Below the pieces are notes generated by a model. The model made no database searches. It was not told the origin of the DNA and worked only from the letters and a program-made list of their open reading frames with translations. The position numbers and the translations under genes were made by a program. A stretch of DNA of 58,339 nucleotides, the filler included, from Circinaria calcarea (lineage: Eukaryota), in the NCBI GenBank assembly GCA_051942165.1. It is 4 parts of 4 records of this genome, joined end to end, with 100 filler letters (N's around TTAATTAATTAA, not from the genome) between each part and the next. Parts side by side here need not be neighbours in the genome. Positions count along the whole stretch, not along the records: positions 29,249 to 43,759 come from JAVECS010000424.1; positions 43,860 to 58,339 come from JAVECS010000425.1; 2 more parts are not named here. One strand, given 5' to 3'. How positions within the stretch are numbered: the first letter of the stretch is position 1; every line of letters starts with the position of its first letter. Shown in pieces: positions 41,832 through 53,762 of the stretch.

Positions 41832-43280
41832 TTTTCTAGGGGCGAGGATGGAAGAGAGAGAGAGAGAGAGAGATGTGGAAGCTAGAAGGAAAAGCGAGAG
41901 GAATAACTGCAGAATGGAGGTGCTCGACCGGCCCCCTTTGAAGGTAGAGAGCCACATGACTGTGCCTCGATGCATGCTAGTAATCAAAGCAGTAAATCTC
42001 TCCCCCATCGGACTAGAAACGTCGAGCAAGACGCACGCAAGGCTGAAGCGAAGCAATTTGTTTGAGCCATATGCCACAATAAACGGGTGGCAACCCAGAT
42101 TGCAGAATCAAGTACATGCATTAGCCATTGTCTCTTTCGAATGAAAGACATTGCTTTCAGAACCTTCCACGGTGGCCATTAAATGCCTAGCTCGTGTAGC
42201 AGAACATCGGTTCGGGGCACGGTTAGCAAATGCAGGTCATTATTTATCACTTTGGCGGAACGAGCCGTGCCATTCCCAGCTCATAGCTCGCACCCGCCTC
42301 GCTAGACCAATCCACGCTTCGTTCCGCCAGCGAGCAACAGCTTAAGGGATAACTACCAACAGCCCTGGCGTGGCGGGTTTAGATCGCATCATCCGTTCTC
42401 CTCTATAAAACACCAAATCAGAATCCCGGTTAAGGCTGAGAGCCCTGTTGACCACGATGAGGAAGCTCTGGAAGGACCAGAGCCCAGAGCCTACTCTATC
42501 CAGACGCAAGTCTATCGTTTCATAAAATATTGAATTCCCAATCTACGACGTGATTTCACGGAACCGGACGAGGCGGAACAGAACGCCTTGCCACGACGGC
42601 GTACCGAGTCTAGGCGCGGGGAACCATGCTAAGTTGGAAAGATGCAATGAGTTTCCTCACCGTGCCACCGGGGAAGGAGATCCTGCCGCCTTGTTACAAA
42701 GGGAAGTTCGAGAATTGATCCAGACCAGACATATTCTTACTCACTGGAAAGGGGTGAGGATGAGGGGGTCTCCTATCCGGCATGTTCAGTATAATCACAA
42801 CCTTCGCATGAGGCTAAGCTAATAACCAAGTGGGTGTCGCTGAGCCGATTGATACCACCAAGATATGGACTGACAATTTGGACATTGCATGGAAGTTCTT
42901 TGCCACGCAGCTGGTGGAAGAATTCCTGGCTCCTTTTCGTGCATATCTAACACACAGAGTATGGGAGATATAATCTTCGCAGATTCATATCCAATTGCTG
43001 ATTCGGAGCTCGCCACCGCTAGTCTCAGACATCCTTCTTTGCTTCACTCGAAATCCGAGCCGGGCAGGATCCAAATTTGTATACGTATCCTAAGAGACGT
43101 TGCAGTGTGGAGGTAGCAGTAATCTTGAGATCCCATGCTAAGAACTCGTCCAAAGTATGCACTGTGGTAATACATTCTATACATTATAACGCCAATCTAT
43201 GCTGTACCGAAGAAATCGTGCTAAATATCCATGTCCCTGATGCTTCGAGAGTGAACCTTAGACGTTGTAGGCTGCCGCGA

Positions 43281-43759
43281 TCAAACGAATTCCCGACTCT
43301 CGCCAATGTCGCAAACATCAAAGGTTCCTTCTTCCGGTATGTCACTCCTCTTCAAGGCCGCTCTGAGTACCTTGGGGGGTTCCAGTACATCCTCTTCGGT
43401 CAAGACCCATGTACCCCAGTGTATCCCCATTGCTTTCTTACATTTGGTATCTTTGAAAATATTCACGCTATCAAAAGGATTCGCATGCATAGGAGACACT
43501 AGCGGCCATATCAGCTTTAGGCTTGGCCTCCCGTCAAGTTCGCAGCGAAGACTCACTTATATATCGCGGATCATATGCTCCGATAGGAATCAGTCCAAGG
43601 TCAAAGGGGCCACGGAGCCTTCCGATGTCGCTAAAGGCTGGACAGTGAGGGTAGTTGTGGTCTGGTCCGTAGTCATCGACACCTTTCGGTAGCTCGGGAA
43701 CGGCCCGATAGCCAGTATCTCCTCCAAACCAAACTTTCTTGCCTCCACTTTCAACGCTC
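43281..43759 (-). CDS. NAPE-hydrolysing phospholipase D (metallo-beta-lactamase fold), 3' part only
   Basis: VWFGGDTGY...[31 protein letters not shown]...[13 protein letters not shown]; truncated by the spacer. Confidence 0.9.
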
Positions 43760-43859
43760 NNNNNNNNNNNNNNNNNNNNNNNNNNNNNNNNNNNNNNNNN
43801 NNNTTAATTAATTAANNNNNNNNNNNNNNNNNNNNNNNNNNNNNNNNNNNNNNNNNNNN
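43760..43859. other. Assembly spacer
   Basis: N44-TTAATTAATTAA-N44. Confidence 0.97.
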
Positions 43860-45599
43860 TTGTAAACTGCACTCTCCCCCACTCACCAACTAAGTCGTAT
43901 ATTCCCTCGAACAAATCCCTTCATTTCCCACCCAGACATTCTAATCTAGAAATTGGGCCAGACAGGAAACCTCCCCTCCCCCAGTTACGACTACAGTGAA
44001 TTACAACATGCTATAAACGTTTTTTGGCAGCGATGAGTTGAATAAAATAATGAGTTGATCCAGCGAGAAGTGAATAGGGGTCCAAGTTTCAAATCAAGAG
44101 AGAGAGGCCTCTAGGGCCGGGTCATTTACATATTCTCTTTAGTCATCGAAACCTCCCCGACCCTCCCCCCCCTTCCAGCAAACCCGTATCTATCACAATT
44201 TCCACCCATGAACTGAACGGTTCCAAACACCCCCCCCCGCGGTGTTCCCTTCACATTTCAGGGGGTTAGGAATCATTAAAAACGGATGGATGGATGGATA
44301 AGCTTCCAAGAGAATTACTGGGACTCCCGGAACCCTTTCTTTTCCTGTGTTTTCATTTTTTCCCCAATGGCTCCGACCACACACACATATCTTCCCCACG
44401 ACACACTCTCTCTCTATCCGCCCCTCCCCCCTTCTGTCCATTCCGGTGTGGAAATAGTTAATCAATTTCGACATTTAAGGGGGGGGGACCATGGGGTTTG
44501 GATCAAAAGGGCACGAACAATGTTCACGGAAACTCGTCAGGTAAAAGGCGCCCGAAACGGAGGAGGTGTGGTTGTGTAAATTTTATTTTTTTACATACTG
44601 TGGCGAAGGGCTCGATGTTTCCAAGGAATTTGGTGGCAGAAGGCAATAGTTCGGTAAATTACCCACCGCACCTAGCGTTAAATACCCAGCACCCCTAGCG
44701 CATCGACGTTCGACGATGATCTCCAGGCGAGTGGAGGGCTTCCGTTTTGAGCATAGCACCGGCCCTACAAAAGCATAAGCTCGGGTTAAACTTCAAACCA
44801 CGAACCGGGGCAACGGTGCTGGTGCTCGAAGTTCGACGATGTGGCAAACCCAACTCTTTCCCCCCTCTCCCTCTCCCTCTCCTTCTCCCTTCTCCCTCTC
44901 ATTCTTCCTTCCCCGTAGCAAAATCCATCCAACACCCATTCCCCCCCCCTCGTCCCGGGGCCCTATTCCCGAGAACCTCCATATTCCACCTCGGACCTCT
45001 TCCCTCCCCACCGTCTCCCTTTCTCCCTTTCTCCCCTGGCATGCACCAGTGAGGATTTTCCTTCAAGATAACCATATCCCTCATAAGTACTGCAATCTGA
45101 GGTAACCTTTGGTGTATTTGGAGTTGGCGAGTTCGACTGCAACCGATGAATTATTTGGGGGCAAATGTATTGAGAAGGAAAGCAAAGGGAAGGGGATGAA
45201 GATGGGGAAGGGAACATGAGAGAAGATTTCTACCCGAAGGGTGTATTTCTAGCGATGAGATCAAAATGGTGACGTGGTCTGGATTTCTGGCTGGAACAAA
45301 CGAACGAACCCCTTGTTCTGTCGATGTTCGCAGATGAAGAGAGAGAAAAAGGTGGGGGGGGGAAATCAAATAGCATCCCCGTTTTCCGGGAATTCCTGTT
45401 TTTGAGCAAGACTTGGACAGCTGGATCTATGGAGTTTATAGTAAGAACCCTATGTCCTCTGGAAACTATCCACTTGTGTGTCCCTTGTAGCAAGAGCAGT
45501 CCAAAAAAAAGGAGCATTAGGCGAATCCCAGTATTTGGTTTGCTCGTTCCAGCATCGCTCGTTCACCCCTTGAAACAGAACCCTCCTCGACATCCCACT

Positions 45600-47060
45600 T
45601 CCCCGAGGCCCATGGCTCTCCAACCTTCATGACCCGCAACACGGTGTAGGTCATCCGGGATTGGCCTCCCTTGGTGCTCAGACTCTCCTTTCCCACCGGG
45701 AAAATCGTTCCCCGGAAACCCTAACAGAATATGTTAGTAGACCGACAATACCAACGCCCTCGACACTTTCCAAACATCTGCACATACCATGTCAGAACGC
45801 TTTACGCTGTCACAGAAGATACGCTACATTGACTTCTGTCAGGGGAGAAGTAGGAATGTAAAGTACGCTCGAATCCGTCTTACCTCAGTGATTATCGACG
45901 GCATAGATAGTATCACAGTGCCACACTACATAGTCTCCGGAGTGTACGGTTGGGACGTGGACCATGATGTTCTTGAGATCGAGATGTGGGTGGAGAGCCT
46001 CACTCAGCTCTAGGGCCTGGCCCATGGCCGCACTCTCGAGTGTAGTTGTAGGTTCAACGTTCAACTCCCAATTATCCGCCTCCAGGAATCCCGGATGAGA
46101 AATCTGCGTTATGAGAGAGAAGAGAGGGTGTAACAAGTAGTAGGCCGTTGCTCGTGCAAAGGGTGGATTGAGAAGTAAAGTACCCTCACCAGGGTCGGTG
46201 TGACTCATGGACAGCCATCCCTGATACATACGGAACATGGAACATGTCCCTGATCCGCTGTAGAGATCACTGACAGCAGAGAGGCGGCAACTTGACTCGA
46301 AAGGATCAAAGTTCTCCCACTCTCCTTGACAGACTGTGTCGTAAACATGACCACCCCCATAACCTTCGGGCTCCCACCGCTCGCAACTACCGCCATCGAC
46401 GTGAGGACCCAAGCCGAACCCAGCGTCTCCTGGTTGGCGGATACGGAGCCGATCGGCATAGCTTACGGGATGATTCGGAGCGATCAACTTGTCCTTGTCC
46501 CTTGCATGCCAGAAAGACATCAGAAACCGTTGAGCTTTGATCAAGTTCGGATGTGCTCGAGCTGACATTTGGGCCTCGAACACGGCCGGATTGTCTGCAG
46601 GGAAAGCCTTGGTAAAGGGATTCCGTCGAACGTAGGCTTGGATGCTTTCTTTCTATTCTAGAGCTTGTTTTCCGGAAACCACGTTTCGTATGATTGCTAC
46701 ACCTCTCTTCCTATGGTCGCTTGCGAATCGGGATAACGGTCTATCAATATCTTCAAACTGGATCTCTGGCACTGCCATACTGCCTAGTGTTCTGATCTCC
46801 TTTGTCTCTTCTGCAAGGACACGAAGCAGTCTGTTCCAGCTATCCTGCAACTTCTTCTTATGTCCGGTGAATAATTGGCGGTTTAGATCTGCGAAGCGAA
46901 GAGGAAGTGGTTCCTGTTTGGTCCCACTCAATGAAATAAAAACAGACAACATGTCGCCCTCTTTCTTAGTCTTGGAAGCTATACTTGCAAGGTAGCGCGC
47001 TTCTTTGTGCCAAACGAAACGGGAGAACGAAGCGGAAACTTCCTTACAATGATTGACAAC
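45600..47060 (-). pseudogene. DUF1479 (Gig2/YbiU-like 2OG-oxygenase fold) pseudogene
   Basis: KKEGDMLSVFISLSG, RGVAIIRNVV, YADRLRIRQPGD...LGPHVDGGSCERWE and GDYVVWHCDT motifs. In-frame stops at 46653-46655 (ALE*KE) and 45885, with more downstream, and apparent loss of the LYWSP motif. Ends are approximate. Confidence 0.85.
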
Positions 47061-47332
47061 AAATACAGACTGAAAGGGAAAGGTTTCATTCTGCTAGGGA
47101 AAGTCGGTCGAGATATAGACTTGGGCCCCGCATTCGAAGCCTTGAAACCATCCTTCGATAGACGAGACCGAGTCTATCGGCGAATCTTTGGCGGGTCAGA
47201 GGTGACTTCAGCAAAACGAGACGTGGGATGAAAAAAAAGCGAGTGATGCATATGTAATCTGCAAACATTAAATAAACCGCTGATAGCTCAATCATAAAGC
47301 CGCTGCCAACAGACGGGCCTTTTAACTGTAGT

Positions 47333-48037
47333 CTAAGGCTTCAGTATCCCCCTCTCCTTGGCTGCTCTTCTTGACCGGACAGTCTCCTTCCTCCTCTCCC
47401 CACCGTCCACCTTGTGTCCTCTCCTTTCTTCCCACATACCTTCCTTGACCTTGATCCTCGCTACCCTCCCATTCGTCCCCTTCACTAGCTCAACGTATGG
47501 ACCTATGATTGTATGGGCACCTTGTACTTTTACCCCCCTGACCGCCTTCACTTCACCCGCTCGAAATTCCTTGTCCAAGGCCTGGGGTGGTAGGTTCACG
47601 ACAACTTTCTTCACGGCCTCGGGACCCAATGATTGAGGGCCGGCGGCATCTTTCTTCACCTCCAATACCCTGACCTCGCCTACCCCATCGACCACATCCT
47701 GTAAATCCCCTCCAATACCATAATCCCCTCTCCTGAACTTCTCCCTCCACCAAAGTAGATATCGCCTACTCCTCGCAGGTTCGACGCCGAGCTCTCGAAG
47801 CTGTGCCGAGCTTAAGGAGAATAGTGAGTCCCAAGATGTGATTTTAGCGGCATGTTGAGAGAGCTGGCGGCCGATTAGTGTGAGAAATGTCTGCGGGTCA
47901 GGTACAAAGGGCGTTGGGGGTGGAATTGAAGCGGATGATACGCGGTGGTGAAGCTGCCGGATTGAGACTCGAGAGTATAGAAGCGAAGGAACGAGGAATG
48001 ACGGTAAGGAGTGTAGCTTTGGAGGGCGAATCGCCAT
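47333..48037 (-). CDS. FYV4: Mitochondrial small ribosomal subunit protein mS41 (IGR domain)
   Basis: PPPTPFVPDPQTFLTLIGRQL...LRELGVEPARSRRYLLWWREKFR...EGMWEERRGHKVDGGERR. Confidence 0.9.
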   Translation of the reverse strand: MAIRPPKLHSLPSFLVPSLLYSRVSIRQLHHRVSSASIPPPTPFVPDPQTFLTLIGRQLSQHAAKITSWDSLFSLSSAQLRELGVEPARSRRYLLWWREKFRRGDYGIGGDLQDVVDGVGEVRVLEVKKDAAGPQSLGPEAVKKVVVNLPPQALDKEFRAGEVKAVRGVKVQGAHTIIGPYVELVKGTNGRVARIKVKEGMWEERRGHKVDGGERRKETVRSRRAAKERGILKP

Positions 48038-48467
48038 GATGGTTGGTAGAGTCACAACAACCACTGTTGAAATATAGAGTTGTGAAAATTACGCGTTATT
48101 TTTCTTTTGCACTCCAGAGCCGGCACTGGATAGGGAACTGATAAAGTTACGCAGTGCTAGCAACCGCAGCCACGGCGAGCACGTATATTTGGTACCCTGT
48201 CGTATCTGGCAGCATGCCAAGGAAGCTGCCAAGATATTCCCTGGATGGTCTAGGGCATGGCCCAAAATCGATGCCCCGGCTTCGGATTTGGCGATTGGTA
48301 ACTATCAATACAGTACCGCAAAAGCAAGGTGTAGATAATCCAATCGCGCGCGAGAGTCACGCTTTGTTGATCCGGCAGAAATCTACAAGTATCGTAAGGG
48401 TCGTGTGGACCTGGACTACATGAACATAGAGAGGCTCTTCCCTTGAATCGTGTAGATCTCTTCCCGT

Positions 48468-49010
48468 TCACATAAACATCTTCGCGATGCTCAGGGCGGT
48501 TTGCATCCCTTCTCCCCCAAAGTCTCCAAATCCACCTCCGCTCCCTCCATACCGGCTTCTCTCAAAGCTTCTGCCGCCTCCAAACCCGCCTCCCGCGCCC
48601 AATCCAGTCAATGCAGTCGGCAAGTGAATCCCAAACTGCTTCAGTATCTTTGCAGCTGCCCCACCGGTAACCAGCGGCATAATGACCAGCATAAAGATCT
48701 TCACAGGATGCTCCCGAGCATAGGAATAAAATTGTTGGAGAAGACGCTTCAATTGGTGGATCATGCGGGAAATATAACCATCGCGAGGACGCCGCTTGTA
48801 ATAGGATGAGGAGGACGTATGGGGACGAGAGAAGAAGCCTCGGCTCGAAGAGGATTCTCCCTGATGCGGACGGCTGATATAGGAACGAGTAGGACTGGAT
48901 TGTTTACGGTGGGAGTGCGAACGCGTGGGACTGGATTGTGTGTGACGAGAGTGAGATTTAGAGTGGTGGTAGCCGCCAACAGAGGAGGAGCCACCGAACC
49001 AGGAAGACAT
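48468..49010 (-). CDS. Hypothetical protein (S/H/R-rich N-terminus, one hydrophobic helix, Gly-rich C-terminus)
   Basis: Intact 180-aa ORF. SSSYYKRRPRDGY...YAREHPVKIFMLVIMPLVTGG resembles a conserved Pezizomycotina family. Confidence 0.75.
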   Translation of the reverse strand: MSSWFGGSSSVGGYHHSKSHSRHTQSSPTRSHSHRKQSSPTRSYISRPHQGESSSSRGFFSRPHTSSSSYYKRRPRDGYISRMIHQLKRLLQQFYSYAREHPVKIFMLVIMPLVTGGAAAKILKQFGIHLPTALTGLGAGGGFGGGRSFERSRYGGSGGGFGDFGGEGMQTALSIAKMFM

Positions 49011-51212
49011 TTTCGGCGGGGGTGGATGAAGCGGTTTTTGGATTTAAAAGGTAGAAATATTCGAGAAGTATACGGATTAGATTCCCAATGGAAGGCAGCC
49101 TCCAGCGTACGGAGCCATATTGCGGAACTCGTAGCACATTGCACAAAAGTGCCAAGAGCGCCACTATGCAAATACATGCATTAATCTAGAGTAGCCCTTT
49201 CGAAACAAAATTAACCACGTTTATAATTTTGCTGCCAACGACAAGGAAAACCGCATCATCTTTTCGATCAGGAGATAGGTGTCCGCTAATATTAAAGCTC
49301 CACCGCCCTTTATCATCTCTGCATCAACTGACAATAGTACTCAGGAAATCCTTACTCGCGCAGTTAAAATCCTCAAACTAACAGCCTCCTGACCTTTAAC
49401 AGCCCCTACCTCCCCTCAAAAGGTCTCCCGCCCCTATCCCATGCCAACCCTACCCTATCCGCTTCCCCCCGATTTTAACCAACCATCCATTCTAAACCTA
49501 TAACCCCCAGCAGTACTAAGGCCCCTACGGATCTCTCCGAAAATATCGGCAAGGAAATTTGGCTTTTCGGCAACGTGCTCCTCAGATAGACGCCCTTTGG
49601 ACGAAATAAGGATCAATAGTGTATAGATAGTACATAGCTTAGTTCGAGTATTGAAGGCGACGCGTGGTGAAGTGGATCTGAGTTGAAAACGAAGAGTGTG
49701 ATACTGGCCATCCAACCATGTTCTCGTGATGCAACGTACTCAAGTGCAAGACCAAGAATGACGCCTTCAGTGAGAGGAAGCGTCTCAAATACAGAGGTTT
49801 GGTAGCCTATTGGGGGACCTCAGCATGGATGGTATATATACGATAGCCTATCATGTTTTTATCGACGTACATCCAAAGCCTATCATGGAAATGAAGCTGA
49901 AGATCCCAAGTATGATATTGGTTGGGCCACATTGCCAACACCGTCTCGTAATCTATTGCCCACGATACCGGTTCCCTACCAAAAGCAGCCATATCTCGTC
50001 AGTAAGTGGGTGGTTGTGCCTGTGTAGTGGGCATCAAACTGCCATCCATAGTCAGATTCCTCATCCCGAATGAAAACATTCCATGCCTGACTACTCTCAT
50101 TCTTCCTTGCCTTCCCCCGAATAACCTCTTTCCAGACATAGATATGATATAGGCCGATCGAATGCAACGAGTCAATCATTATTCAACCATGATCGGCCAG
50201 TTTAGCACCATTGCCATTGATAACGCAGAAAAAGCTGATAAGAGCCTAATCCACTACTAGCGCTCAATTACCGTAGATACGAAAGGCATGCAGAAACCAT
50301 TACTCCTGCAAATATAAGATAGGGCCATTGGACGATAATGGTCTTGGACACTAACATACCATGGGGAACCCCAAGCACTTCCGCGGCTCTCTTCACGGCC
50401 CGTTCGCCATGAGTAATAGCCATCTAGTCGTTCCTTAATCTCGCTCGCTTCGAGGTGTCACTAATGAGGGTTATATGTTTAAGGGTTCGGCGATTGCTCA
50501 ATGTCATAGTGATTGGCGGGAACATCCTTACGAGGCCAACTTTGAACATGCTTTCTTTTTCTGCGAGTGTGTTTCGATTGGCTACCTATCATACTATATG
50601 CAGCTCGGGATACTCGTGTGGTGGGGAAGCGTGGGGACATACAAGGTACCTACGCACAGATAGTCAGCCCAGACAGCTCGGGCTGGAATCCTTCACTAAT
50701 GTACGTATTATACAGGGTTAAATACAAGGATATTTACCTGATTTCTTGACTATGTTTTAATACTTTTTTCGAGTCTTTGCCACAACACCATTTGGAGAAA
50801 AGGATGGTGTTCTCGCGAAAGCTAATGCGATATTTCTGCTGCTAAATGTACTATACCCTGTTAGTAATCAAAGTAGTGGTGTACAAGGACCCATGAATGC
50901 CACGAAGGATTCTAGCCCGTGTTGTCTGTACTCTGTAGTAACAGTTCACGTGCATTAGCTGAAGGTGGGTTCATGTGGGTGCGACTTTGATGTGCGTAAG
51001 GTGATCAGCATCGGTTCTCACACAGCACAGCCTTGGCCATGCGTATCGCGGCACTGCGATCAATGCAGTATCCCCAATGGGAATGAATGAGGGGTTCCTC
51101 CAGGGGATTTCTTATCCACACCACTGAGGGGTATAGGGGGGGCCGACTACTCCTGCGGAGACATAAGAAGCCTTACCACGTAAGTTCCCACGGGGTTCAA
51201 GCTGTCGCAAAG

Positions 51213-52789
51213 ATGACTTTACTTGTGATTATTACCGCCTGCGCACTACCGCTCCTGCTGCTTTATAGGTATATTGTTGCTCCGGCCTTTGTATCTCCGT
51301 TATCAAAGATCCCCAATGCCCACTTCACGGCCCCTATCTTGCCAATATGGATGTGGTGGAAAAGACGAGCAGGCATTCAATTTCGAACCATATCCTCTGT
51401 CCACCAGAAGCATGGACCAGTTGTTAGACTCGGACCGAATGAGATCAGTGTCAACTCTCCTGCCGGACTCCGCACAATATATCTGGGCGGGTTCCAGAAA
51501 GATGAATGGTATCCCAAGACCTTTCTGAACTATGGGACCCCTAATCTGGTCAGCATGCTGGAGAACAAGCCACATTCAGTCCAAAAACGTATGATCTCCA
51601 ATGTCTATTCCAAGTCGTATCTGCAGAGCTCCTTGGACCTGCAGTTGATATCCGAAAAGCTGCTCTTCAACAGATTCCTACCAATAGTGCAGTCGGCAGC
51701 TCTGGATGATACTGCGGTGGATGTATTTAGCTTAACCCAAGGACTCTTCATGGACTTGACGTCTGCCTATCTTTTTGGTTCAGCCAATGGGACCGACTTC
51801 CTTCGTGACGCTCAACATCGGAATCATTGGCTCAAGGTGTATTCAAGGTTCAAATATCAGCTTCCGGAGGAGCGAGCATCTGGAGAGATTGAGATGTGGT
51901 GTCTTTCATTGTGCGAAGCAGCCAAGGCCTTTGATGACTCCAGAAAGTCCCCAGAAGGTATATCGACAAAGCCCGTGGTTTATGGCCGGCTTTCTCAATG
52001 TTTGGACGAATCTAATCTAGGGCCCCAACCAAAGCACCTCGTAATAGCTTCTGAGATGCTGGATCATTTGTTAGCAGGGCACGAGACTTCTGGCATTACT
52101 ATTACATACCTTATGCATGAGATGTCACGCCAACCATCACTGCAATCCAAGCTCCGTGAGGAGCTCCTCACCGTTTCACCACCACTCACATATCCAAAGA
52201 GTTCCTCGGCTCATCTAGATGATAAGACACATGATCCGAATTCCCTTAACTCTGCACGCTCGATCGATGCACTGCCACTTCTCGATGCCATACTCCAGGA
52301 GACTCTTCGTCTTTATGCGCCCGCACCAGGGCCCCTACGGAGGTTAACACCTTTCTCGTCAACGCCAACAACGATAGATGGTTATGACAATATCCCCGGT
52401 GGTGTAAAAGTTAGTTCGTCAGCCTACGCACTACATCGAAACGCAGGAGTATTCCCGGAACCAGAAAGGTGGCTTCCGGAGCGATGGCTGGATGTACAAA
52501 AGGGTAAGAGAGAAGAAATGAAAAGATGGTTCTGGGCTTTTGGCAATGGTGGACGAATGTGTATAGGAAGTAATCTTGCAATGCAACGTAAGAGACGAGC
52601 ATGAACTATAGAATGGGGTCCCATTTGCTAACCAGTGCCCCCAATCATGCAGAGATGAAATTAGCAGCAGCAGCAATCTATGCCAACTACAACTCCTATA
52701 TCGAAAACGACGAAGGTATGGAGCAGATAGATTCTTTTATATCACCACCTAAGAGCAATCGGCTTATTCTGAGGTTCAAACATGTTTGA
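51213..52789 (+). CDS. Cytochrome P450 monooxygenase (apparently intact, 1 intron)
   Basis: N-terminal TM helix, HGPVVRLGPNEIS, AGHETS, ETLRL, PERW and FGNGGRMCIG. Intron GTAAGA (52588)...GCTAAC...CAG, then a final exon to TGA at 52789. Confidence 0.93.
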
Positions 52790-53332
52790 GATTCCACTCA
52801 GGATTGCGCAGTTCAGGCAGGCGCTTCGATAGTCAAACTAAAGTAGAAGCAGAGTATGAAGTTATCACACAAAGACAATTGTCTATGGAAGTTCCAGTCG
52901 GAAAGGTTCATCAGTAGGGTTAAAAGTAGAGCATCGCATTCGACAGCCTAGGTCCAGACATGATACAGTAAATTCGTCACGGAGTAATGTCATTTTAAAG
53001 GATAGTCTCCCATCCTGTATTTCGAGAGATACACTCCATATGCAGCAAGGTCATGAAGACCACTAGCAATCCTGAGCATGGAGACGTTGAGTTGTAGCGG
53101 CGAAAAGTCCTTCAAGTAACTCGCTCCATTCGAAGTTATAAAGTCCTCTTGTTAGTTAGAGTATCATATGTGGAAAACTGTGAATAGAGGACTTTGTAGA
53201 GTTTGAATATGCTGGGAACGAGGGTCTGCCAAAAAGTTGCATCGGCAAAATTACCTTAGCAGGACGCTCGAGATAACGATGATAAACCCCACATGTTTGT
53301 ATATGCAACTTAGATCCCGTAAATACATAAAT

Positions 53333-53505
53333 GGCAAGATGGCCGAGTGGTTATGGCGTGTGGTATGCGCCGATCTCTCCCACTGTTTACAACATGATAA
53401 ATGCTAAAAATTTACAACAGACTCAAGCGCAATGCTTACTTGACACCAGTCAAGGTGAATTCTCATAGGTTAATTCCTGCGTGGGTTCAAATCCCACTCT
53501 TGTCA
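53333..53505 (+). tRNA. tRNA-Leu(CAA): tRNA-Leu(CAA) with a canonical intron (53428-53459) and a second, spliceosomal-like intron (53363-53420)
   Basis: Acceptor stem GGCAAGA/TCTTGTC+A, A box TGGCCGAGTGG, long variable arm AGG-TTAATT-CCT, T arm GTGGG-TTCAAAT-CCCAC, anticodon loop CT-CAA-G, 3' anticodon strand TCTCA. Confidence 0.9.
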
Positions 53506-53510
53506 ACTCC

Positions 53511-53518
53511 TTTTTTTT
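53511..53518 (+). terminator. Pol III oligo-T terminator
   Basis: T8 run 5 nt after the tRNA discriminator base. Confidence 0.8.
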
Positions 53519-53762
53519 GCTTTGTGTTTTTTCCCCCTCCCCCTAATCGTGAGTACAATAGCAGATTTAGCAGATTTAGCATATTTTGCGTTGCTTTGTC
53601 TCTCTCTGACTACATCATTTTGGGACCGGTATTGTCTTTAAAACGAGCCCTTGATTTACCTTTCCGGTAATATGCCACGAAATATCTGGATACGAAATGC
53701 CAAAATAAAACATATTTGGTATATAATGTATCTAAAAGCCTCACGCCAGCCATCAGTCAAAA

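Noticed and set aside
34107..46655. Stop-codon reassignment or editing as the explanation for all Trp-position stops
   Set aside because: The same genes also have frameshifts, deletions or a transposon, and intact genes here end normally at TGA and TAG.
49807..50179. Two overlapping minus-strand ORFs with protein-like composition
   Set aside because: No recognisable motif or convincing splice structure. It could be a decayed gene, but I cannot support that.
53401..53670. 89-aa ORF overlapping the tRNA, as a host mRNA explaining the GT-AG intron
   Set aside because: It starts inside the intron and has no protein-like features. An overlapping Pol II transcript cannot be fully excluded without RNA data.
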